Assembly (NCBI GenBank): GCA_030141605.1
Contig: JAQGDQ010002400.1
Coordinates: forward strand, 28,479-92,478
Length of the DNA: 64,000 nt
Origin: Tubiluchus corallicola
Taxonomy: Eukaryota > Animalia > Priapulida
Direction of reading: 5' to 3'
The notes under the pieces are model-generated. The model did no database searches and was not told the DNA's origin. It saw nothing but the letters and a program-made list of their open reading frames with translations. Each line of letters begins with the position of its first letter. Position 1 is the first letter of the stretch. Positions 10,501-21,011 of the stretch are shown here, piece by piece. The position numbers were made by a program, and so were the translations under genes.

Positions 10501-13500
10501 AGTACAACATACACTTAAAGTTGTTTTAAACTAATATAGTTTTTAAGGCTATTTTTGGGTAAAAAATTAATCAGTGTGACTGTTCTAGGGTCCTGTTTTG
10601 TGCTGGTTGAATGTTATTGAAGCATATCAAGCAAAGGGTCTAGATTTGCCAGTCAACTTCAAGTTTGTCTTTGAAGGAATGGAGGAGTCTGGCTCTGAGG
10701 GACTTGACGAGCTTCTTATTGCTGAGAAAGATAAATTCTTCAAGGTACTCTTGCTTTGTTGTACAAATTTTTTATTTCTGAGATTGCTATTCTTTCTGCA
10801 CTATTTGTTTTAGAGCCTGTAATTTTGTTTTTCACCCAAATTTTGTGAGAATCCAGTTATAGTACTGCTGTGTATGCCCCACTTCCTGAATGTGAATGAT
10901 GATAAGCAAAACATGTTCCTGAAATTAGTTGGTAATGCCTGAGGACTTTATTTCTTGGATTATGATTTTGCCAATAAAGTTACTACACCTTGGGCTAGAT
11001 TTAATGGAAAATGAGCAATTATAGCCCATATCTTATTTTGATCTATAGACTAAAATATACAAACTGTTTTCTGTAATGTCTGCCATAAGGATACTGATAA
11101 TTAAACAATTATTAACTGAAACAAATCAGTGCCCTGTGAGTCTCTAACTTTCTTAATGTGTTTTTGAAAGCAAATAGCAAAATACGGTACTGCTGTTTAA
11201 CATTGACATTGAAACAGTTAAACAAATTTTAAACTCTCAAAGTTCAAGTTTATCATTGTTACTATGTGTGTTTTCATGTTATGACAGGGTTGTGTTTTGC
11301 TTATTCAGTGTAAATGCTTACTTTTGCACAATGCATTTCCGACTGTTAGTCACTGTAGCCAATCTTACGTGTGGTAAAGTGCATGCAACAATGAAAAGTT
11401 AAAGAATTAGGCTTCTGGGGTAATAATTTGTTTTTGTAAGCTTTCTTACAAAAATAATAATTTGCTTTTCAGTTATCCAAAATACGTCCAAAAATTATTC
11501 AGCTATAGTGCTAAATTGGGTATTACTGTGTCATCCACAGAAACCATTCCTCTAAATTAACTCATAACCCATTAACTCGTCCTAGTGCATGCATTTGTAA
11601 AAGAGACGCATATCGCTGCATGGCCTAGCTGTAAATCTCCACCCAAACTCTGCTAGGAGGTTTTTTCTACATGGTGTTTCAACAATGAGCAAGAGACAGC
11701 TACTTTGGAGGTTCTTCACCTGCCGTTTGTAGTGGTACACCGTGTGTTATGACCCGCCTGCCGATTTTAATTTAAGCGTCAGGTTGGCTTCTCACCTGTG
11801 TTCTGTACTTGCTTTTGACCTAGTTAGGGAGTTGTTATTGAGGTGGAAGTAATGTCGGCTGCTCAGGATGACAGCCCTGATGTTTTGTTTTTGTTAATGT
11901 GTGTTTACTGGCAATAAAAATGAAGTAATGTCGCAAATGCATCTCCGTTTATTCACCATGTTTTGTGTAACCAATTCCAACTCATAACAAAGTGGGGGCT
12001 CGAAGCCGGAATGAATCAACCGACGAGTTGCAATGAATTTCGTCTGGACGCTTTTCGTTTTAATTACTGTGCAACGTCACGATGAATTTTTTTTCTGTTG
12101 ATGCTAAAGCTTCTTGATTCGACGGTTAATAAAGCTGACAATGGAGAAACTGTAAGTTACGGCTCATTTTTCTACACAGTAACTGTTTGACGTCGTCTGA
12201 TTTATCATCATATCAAGTATGAACTGTTTCTGTCTGTTCGTCTGTCAGTGTCTGGAAATATTCGCATATTCGCTCATTGGAAAATTCCGAATTATTGAGA
12301 AATGCTGCTAACATGCGGAAGTATACAAACTTCATACTAATATATAGCATCTCTAAAGTACATGAGAAATGTGTAGAGGTCACGAAGTTCTGTTGCTACA
12401 AGTGAACTATGAATAATGTTTCCACAAACGTTATACTCGAATTCAGGATTATGCTTTTGTGAATTTCTGGGTAAAAACGAGACAAATTTCATTCTGCTTT
12501 GCGGGAATACTGCATAAAATACTGTGGGTAACAATCGTCTGTATTTGCTGGAACTGAGCCAAGTAGCTGCGTTAGACTAGGGATAACGACCTTGAGGCTA
12601 CAAGCGTGTATGTATAGGTCGGGGGCTACTGTCAAATCGTCGCAGGTATATCTACAGAGTAGTACAAGCTACACCGAAACTCGTATCACGTGAGGAAGCC
12701 AGCTAGACAAGCAGTGCATTGATCAGAGATATTTCCACACAAGTACTGCAGTAGTAAAGGAAAAAAACGGATGATATTTATTGGACTCATTGATTTTGTT
12801 TTAAAGCAGTTTGATGAACAATTTGCAATCTTGTTAATTATCACCTAACGCTTTCTTTTACTAGGCTAATTGCACTACTATTGTTACGCTTACGTGTGCT
12901 CCCCCACGGATAACTTGCCCAAGGGGTGCCTAATCGGTATTGTTGAAAGTTAAGTATTGTACAGTACGTTGTGTAGCTAGTTGGTAGGCTTGTCTCATAA
13001 AGTTATATTGTAGTAATTGTACTAATTACTGAACTATGGCGACATTTGACCCAGAAATGTTTTGGAAAGGGGGCTTGGTAACCTTGCCCAGATTAGATAA
13101 ACTCACAAAAGACAATTTACTTGCCCTGGCCGATTACCTGAATATTGAGTTGCCCACTAGTGCTGGAAAAGCAAAAATTATTGAAATTCTCGGGAACCCA
13201 GAAATTTTGAAAACAGCTAGACCACGTGAAGGGGAGAAATCTGTAATTAGTAAATCTCCTCATATTCCTGTGCATACTCCCACTAGAACAGATAGGAATG
13301 AACTTGAGTTAGCAAAAATTGCACTCGAACGTGAAAGGATGGAACTTGAAAAATTAAGGTTGGAATATCAGGACAAAGAAAGGCAAAGAGATATGGAGTA
13401 CAACGTTAAGATGAAAGAGCTAGAATTGTTAACAGCATCCACTAATTTGGGGGCTCAGCAAGCCAATAACCAAACTTTTGATGTTATAAAAAACATTCGC

Positions 13501-16500
13501 CTTGTACCTAAATTTAGTGAAACAGATGTTGAAACATTTTTTCTAACCTTTGAGAAAATTGCCAACAATCTTAAATGGCCAAAAGCTCATTGGCCTGTGT
13601 TGTTACAAAGCAGTTTTACAGGCAAAGCACAGGAGATTTACTCTTCTCTACCCTCCACTCAGAGTTCAAATTATGAACAATTGAAATCCGCTGTGCTAAA
13701 GGCATATGAATTAGTACCAGAAGCCTATCGCCAACGATTTAGGAACAGTCGGAAAGGGTCAAATCAAACTTATGTCGAGTTTGCAAGAAATAAAGAAGTT
13801 ATGTTAGACAGATGGTGTCGTTCATTAAACGTTGGGGAATCTTATGAAAAACTAAGACAAATGGTTTTACTGGAAGATTTTAAAAGCAGTATCCCTATGC
13901 AGATCAAAACGCATTTGGAGAATCAAAAGGTAGACTCTTTGCAAAAAGCGTCTGTTATGGCAGATGATTATGAATTAGCAAATAAAACTAATTTTAAATC
14001 TGTACAGTGCACCTATTGTAACAAAAAAGGTCATGTTAAAACAGACTGCTTCAAATTTCTAGAAAAAGAAAAAACTGCTCATTCAGAAACTATAAGCTCT
14101 AAAGGAGGCCGCCACCAAGATAATAAAGATGCATCGGGAGGAGGCTATGCACGTGATGGGCCTACATGTGCATATTGCCGCAAGAAAGGGCATCTCAGAT
14201 CAGAGTGTCGGATTCTCTTACGACAAAAGCAGCGAGCCGGCTCTCCAGTTGCTTTTGCCCACAACTCTTCAAAAGAAGATACCTATAGCAGTTTCCTATC
14301 GTCAGGTAAAGTGTCGCCAGTGTCGTCTGTGGACACAATTAAACCTGTTACAATTTTACGAGACACAGGAGCTGCTCAGTCACTATTATTACAGGGTGTA
14401 ATCCCTCTTGATGAAACTTCTTATACAAATGCTAGCGCTTTAATTCAAGGTATTGAAGGAGGATACATAGATGTACCACTTCACAGAATCAACTTGAATT
14501 CGGACTATGTTAAAGGTCCCGTGACAGTAGGAATTGTTTCTCACATTCCAGTAGATGGAGTGTCCCTATTACTTGGCAATGATGTTGCTGGGGATGAGGT
14601 TATAACCGCTACATCTATTGTCACTCCTGAGCCAAAAATGGATGCGGAAACTGAAATTCTTGAAGAAATGCATCCTGGAATTTTTCCTGCTTGTGTTGTA
14701 ACAAGATCACAGGCTCAGATTAACAAAGATAGCAGCTCAGAACAAGTGGATGACAAAGATAGTTCACCACCGTCTACCTTCCCAAGAGAGAACCAAAGTG
14801 GTTCGATGGCTTTAAGCCACACGTTTGCCGCACAGATGGATAAAAATTCACCAACATTATCTCTGAAACAAGAGGAACTTATTAAGGCACAGACAAATGA
14901 TCCCTCTCTTAACAAGCTCTTTTCTCTAGTCATGTCACAAGAGGAAATTGACAATGTTTCAGAAGGCTACTACATGCAGTCTAAAGTACTCATGAGAAAG
15001 TGGAGACCACCAGATGCTCCTGCAGATGAAGATTGGCGTGTACACCACCAAATTGTAGTACCACAACGTTACCGTAAAGAACTAATGAAGATAGCCCATG
15101 AATTGCCATTAGCCGGACACACTGGTGTTAAGAAGACGCAAGATAAAATTTTACAACACTTTTTTTGGCCAAAGTTGAGAAAAGATGTTTCTCAATTTTG
15201 TAAAACTTGTCATGTGTGCCAAATGGTGGGCAAACCAAACCAGAAAATTCCTATAGCTCCACTTAATCCACTTCCAGTATTTGAGGAACCATTCAGCAGA
15301 ATCCTAATTGACTGTGTAGGGCCGCTGCCGAAAACCAAGTCAGGATATCAGTATCTTCTTACTATTATGGATCTGACGACGAGGTTTCCAGAAGCTATAC
15401 CTTTAAAGGAGATGACAACTGCAGCAGTAGTTGATGCTTTGCTGAAGTTCTTTACACAGTTTGGCTATGCAACATTTCGAGATTTATGTTACTTGTAATC
15501 ACTCACCCACTGTTGTATTTACGGACCATAATCCATTGACATTTTTACACAGATTCAGAAATAAGAATCAACGTTTATTGCGATGGAGTCTGTTCCTCCA
15601 ACAGTATGATTTAGTTATTGTACATGTCAAGGGTAAAGACAATGTGTTAGCGGACACCTTATCAAGATACTGTTTAAAGTAAACCTAAACAAAAAACAGT
15701 TTTTTTTCTTATGGGGGGTGAGATGTTATGACCCGCCTGCCGATTTTAATTTAAGCGTCAGGTTGGCTTCTCACCTGTGTTCTGTACTTGCTTTTGACCT
15801 AGTTAGGGAGTTGTTATTGAGGTGGAAGTAATGTCGGCTGCTCAGGATGACAGCCCTGATGTTTTGTTTTTGTTAATGTGTGTTTACTGGCAATAAAAAT
15901 GAAGTAATGTCGCAAATGCATCTCCGTTTATTCACCATGTTTTGTGTAACCAATTCCAACTCATAACACGTGTCATAGAACCTGGTTCTGGCTCTGCTTA
16001 ATGGAGTCTTAGAGGGAAGTTTATAACTCTTTGGAAAGAAGAAAAACCGCGTAGTTTTTTGAAAAGAGGAAAAACCGGACTACACGATGATTTGGCTCGC
16101 TTTGACTATTACCTCAGTCGCATGGAAAAAATACGAGTTAGTTTTAGGAACTTTTTTTCTGAATGTCGTAAGACCCAGTATTTTATCAACATTTCATAGC
16201 TTTTGGAGTTTTATACAGTTTCGTGCTTTCAGGGCACTGATTTCGTGTGCATATCAGATAACTATTGGCTAGGAAAGAAGAAACCGTGCATAACGTATGG
16301 ACTCAGGTAAAAATATGTTTTTAATTTTATTAGTCTTAAGTTGCTCTTGCTATCATGCAGAATCGATTTGAATGACATGCAATTAGTGAATTAAGTATGG
16401 TTTTCGACTGGGTACAGTTGCATGGTAAATAATTTAATGAAAATTTGCATTAGAAGCCAAATCGTAGAATTAGCAAATTTATAGCTATCGTATTAGATGA

Positions 16501-19500
16501 ATGCAGTATATCGTAATAATTTTCACCAGCAAATTCATAGAAGTGTTCGCCTATGATGTACAATAAGATGAATAAGAAAGGTATTTTTCACAGTTGCTTA
16601 AGAAAGTGTAGAAATTTATCATTTTGCAGTTTCCTTTTGTTCATGAAAACTTGCACACTAGTTGACCGTCAACATTAATTTACAGACTTGATAATCTGAA
16701 CCGTTTTTCACTCTTTATTGCAGAGGTATCTGCTATTTCTTTGTGGAGATTCAATGCGCAAAGAAGGATTTGCACTCTGGTACTTTTGGTGGAACTGTGT
16801 AAGTATTGATTGATTTATTACCATTTATTTCAGTATAAAAAAGTCATAAAAACATACAATTAAAATTTACAGTCATAAAAACATACAATTAAAATTTACA
16901 ATGATTAAAAACTACACTAAAATACCAGAGTTACTATATACAAAATGAAACTAAGAACGTATAAAATTTTGCAATTATATAAATAATATAAAATATTATA
17001 ATATTACAATGTTTTGCATTTTTACAATGTTATCACGAAGTTAAAAAATTTCAAAATGATAAATAAGTTATCATACCTGAAAGATATCGATATGTTTTGT
17101 TTTGTATTAACAAAAAGTGCATAACTTTCTTTTATTTGTATATATGTCTATGTTTGGAACACTATATTGCTTTGCTACCGTTTGTAATTTGCTTGAAGTC
17201 ATCGTCATCAGCACCTTCATGGCTATTATTGTTATTGTTTATTTTAGACATGAAGCCATGGTTGATTTAGTTCACCTGATGAGCTCACTGATCGACATGT
17301 CTGGAAAAATCTTAATACCTGGAATAAACGAAGCCGTTGCCCCGGTTACTGCGGAAGAACTGAAAATATACGACCAAATAGATTTTGATCATGTAGGTTG
17401 ATGAGCGCAGTTTTTATAGTTGCATTGTGCAGTATGATTGGTGATGGTTATGGCAGTTTTACAGGTAACATTATGTAAAGCCTGTTTTACATTTGTATGA
17501 TATCTGACAGAAAAAATTTAGAATCTTTGAACAAAGCTTCACAAATGTGACGCCCTTTGGATTGTGTGCTGTAAGAAGGAAATCTTGGGCCTGTTATGTC
17601 ATGTTGAATGGTAGCTCAGCTGGCACAGCATAGAAGTACTAATCCCATGTCTCGGGATCAAATCCCGACTAGTCCACAATTTTTCAGCGTCTCCTTTTTT
17701 CTCCACCTCATTGTACCCAATAGGTAATAATTAAAATAAACCGCAATGGTTAGTAAGCATTCTGGGAATCACTGTCATAATATAATTAATTAATGAAAGT
17801 TTCACAAATCTTGAATTAATACGAGACTCATTCTAGTTTATGTTTAATGTCAGAGAAGTATAAAAGCTATTTGGCACCATACCTAATTTTAAATGTGCGT
17901 AAAGCAGACCTTACTTGTACTTGTTAGATTAACTAACAGTTCTAGTACGTGGAAAGTACTTTACATCTAAACCTTTGATGTTAATGCCAGTGTCTTGATA
18001 GAGGCTGGTAAACGCATTTTCAGCTGCAAAGCTGTCAAGATTTATTGCCCGATTAATGTGTTATAGGTTGATTATTGCAAAGACATTGGAGCAAAACGTT
18101 TACTTAGACACGACAAAGCCAAAGCCCTAATGGCAAGATGGAGGTACCCTTCCTTGTCAATACATGGTATGTTCTTTTTTGCATTTCCCCGTTGCTGTTG
18201 CACTTAGAACACTTTTTCTTTCGCTATTTTTTCTACAAAACAAAAAACAACATTAAAATGAACTCATGGGCTTAGAAAGCAAGTTGATGCGTTTGCAAGC
18301 TTTTTTGTTCTTATTTGAATGTATGCTTTTCTCAACAATGACGAGGACGATATTGCTAGTGGCGTGGTTGTGGCTCAGATGGCCTCCATGGTTTGGTACT
18401 TGCGTTAGGCAGTATCGTTCATAAATTTTGGCTGTTTTCCTCATAGCGGGGGATGTACATTAGATCAAATGTAACTGAGATGCTTCTGCTGGTTCAGTGG
18501 CTCTTCTTGGTGGGAAATTCTTGATAATTATCCGATCATGCTGATTATTGTGTACTCCCTCCGTTTGAGTGTTTTCTTATCTGTCTTTGTGCCAGAATGT
18601 ATGAAAAATGACTCTTGTAATTAATGCAATTTTTGGATGTGCAGCTCCACCTATACATACAGTGATTCTAAAGCCAAAACAGTTTTTATTCAAATGTTGT
18701 ACTTGCCTAGCGATTATTTTTGCAATTTTATTAGTGCAAGACAAAATTTTCTGTTTAATAATTACGTTTATTTAAATTTTTTGAAGGAGTCGAAGGAGCA
18801 TTCTATGAACCCGGTTCGAAAACCGTTATCCCTAGGACAGTCATCGGCAAGTTCAGTATTAGGTTGGTTCCAAACATGGATCCCAACAAAGTTGCGGAAC
18901 AAGTAGCCGAATACTTGACCAAAAAGCATGCTGAGAATGGTAGTCCTAACACTCTAAAGTAAGCTTCGTTTGTGTGTCCAGTGGTGTAACTACTACTAAC
19001 AGTCGCGGTTGTCCCAGAAAGGGATCCCTAGAGATTAATAGATTAATTGTAAATTTTTTAAATTCTTTATAGAAAGAACAGTGTCCGCTTCAAAAACAAT
19101 CTACTGTATGATAATTTTTGTTACATTTTTCAGTAAAATTCAACATTTCCACTGCACTGTAGCTGTCATCGTCAAATATTTTACGAGCATAGTTGGTTAA
19201 GTATTAATGAATTATCTATGTTGACTCAGACATTCAAAATGAATGAGAAGTAAGAAATATACCATCCATGGGTCACTTGCTACCCTTTGAAAGGGTATAG
19301 AGGCTAATATAATGAGGCCAACTAGTTTGCAGTAGGTGCCTATTATTGCTGTTAGATTAAAAAATATGGCAATTTTACACTTTATTGAACTCTTCTACAA
19401 TAAAATTGCCTGTGCAGACAGTAAAATTTCTACCGTAAAAATAAAAACATGCATAACAGTAAATTTTTTGTATACTATTTTATGTATTAGAAGTATTGTA

Positions 19501-19578
19501 TACTATTTTGTGTATTAGTAGTATTTGTTGCTAGAGGTATTCAATAACATTCCTATTCATTCTTACATTAGGCTAACT

Positions 19579-19610
<32 letters not shown>

Positions 19611-20932
19611 AGATAATGTTTATTTTCATCGGTATGATATAAAACAGTACATATTTGTAAAACATGAGCTTAAAGCTCGTAAACCGATATCGAACACAAT
19701 GAGTATATGAGTGATAACATGGTAATAATACGTACTTCTTAAAATCTTTTGGATGCCACCAGAGGTATTGGTACAAGAAAAAATTTATAACTACATGAAG
19801 ACAGTAAAAAATTGAGACAGTAAAATTTTAGACAGTAACATTTTCTAAAATTTACACAAAACGGTTACTGGCAGCATTAATGTTTGTTTGCAGGCTTGCT
19901 GCTACAAGTGCTACTGTCAGTGATAACATTATAATCTGCCACTATCACTAAATGTCACTGAATATTACGATGCGAACGAATTTTTTTAGTTAAAATTCGA
20001 TTGGAACCTAAAATTATGGATTCAAGTAATTCAACACTTTGACTACATGCATTCTTTAGCATTAAAACGTTTGAAACATCATGCAATTTAGCTGCGATTT
20101 ATGTGCACAATATTTCAAACAAATTACTAGTATTTTTACCGGAGAACAAAATCAAGCAATATGCATGATCTTTGTGAGACCGCTTTTTATAAATGATTCA
20201 AGAATTTATTCGAAGGTCTTTAAAACCGAATTCAAATTTGAAACCTCAAAGTTCAGTTTAGTTTGAGTTCGAAAGTCACAAATTTGATTTGAATCGAATT
20301 CGCTTTCTGGTAGAGAATGCTCACACCTAAGGAATGTATGTTGTCATGCAAATAAAGGAAATAAACTCTGTTTAAATATGTACTATTAAATAACTAGGAA
20401 TTATGTTTCATTATATTGTGTAAAGACTAACTAAAAACTGAGCAGTGGTCTATATAATGTCTATCAATAATTGTTTAAGCAATTGATAATTGTGCAATCT
20501 TCTGCTTGCAGAAGTTAACAATTAAAAAAATAAAAAAATTTAGAGAAAGTATTTTTAACTATTTTAAACATGCAATGCTATGCTGAACTCCCAGAAATGT
20601 ACTTCCCCGGTTTAGCGCAATGACCAGCGGTTTTTACATATTCTTCAGCTGCTTCGTGCAAATTTAACAGGCTGTTGACCTGTTGTTTTTTGCAGGGTCA
20701 CGATGGGTCATGGAGGTCGACCGTGGGTTTCAGATTTCAACCATCCCAACTACGTTGCAGGCAGAAATGCAATAAAGAAAGGTTGGGAAGCATTGTTGTA
20801 CTGCTGCTACATTTGATTTTAGAATTATAAGCATGAGTTTGTTGCTTGCATCCACAATGAGATGATAGTGATTGTGAAATTTCATGCTTTTTATTCTCCG
20901 TACTTTTATCTCATTTTAAATTATTATTATTA

Positions 20933-21011
<79 letters not shown>

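Larger units (their letters stand above)
11745..15968 (+). mobile_element. Gypsy/Ty3 LTR retrotransposon, Gmr1 clade, internally deleted (4224 bp), in CNDP2 intron 5
   Basis: LTRs 11745-11989 and 15724-15968 (245 bp, identical by eye, TGTTATGA...TCATAACA); TSD CGTG at 11741-44 and 15969-72; PBS TGGGGGCTCG at 11993-12002 (tRNA-Pro type); purine-rich tract ATGGGGGGTGAGA at 15711-23; domain order Gag-PR-IN-(deletion)-RH. Confidence 0.95.

Noticed and set aside
13036-15498. Domesticated Gag/SCAN host gene
   Set aside because: Identical LTRs, TSD, PBS and PPT indicate a recent transposon copy rather than an old domesticate.
10745-16232. CNDP2 disrupted or missing the ISDNYWLG exon
   Set aside because: The exon is intact at 16233-16306, downstream of the LTR element; the insertion is intronic.
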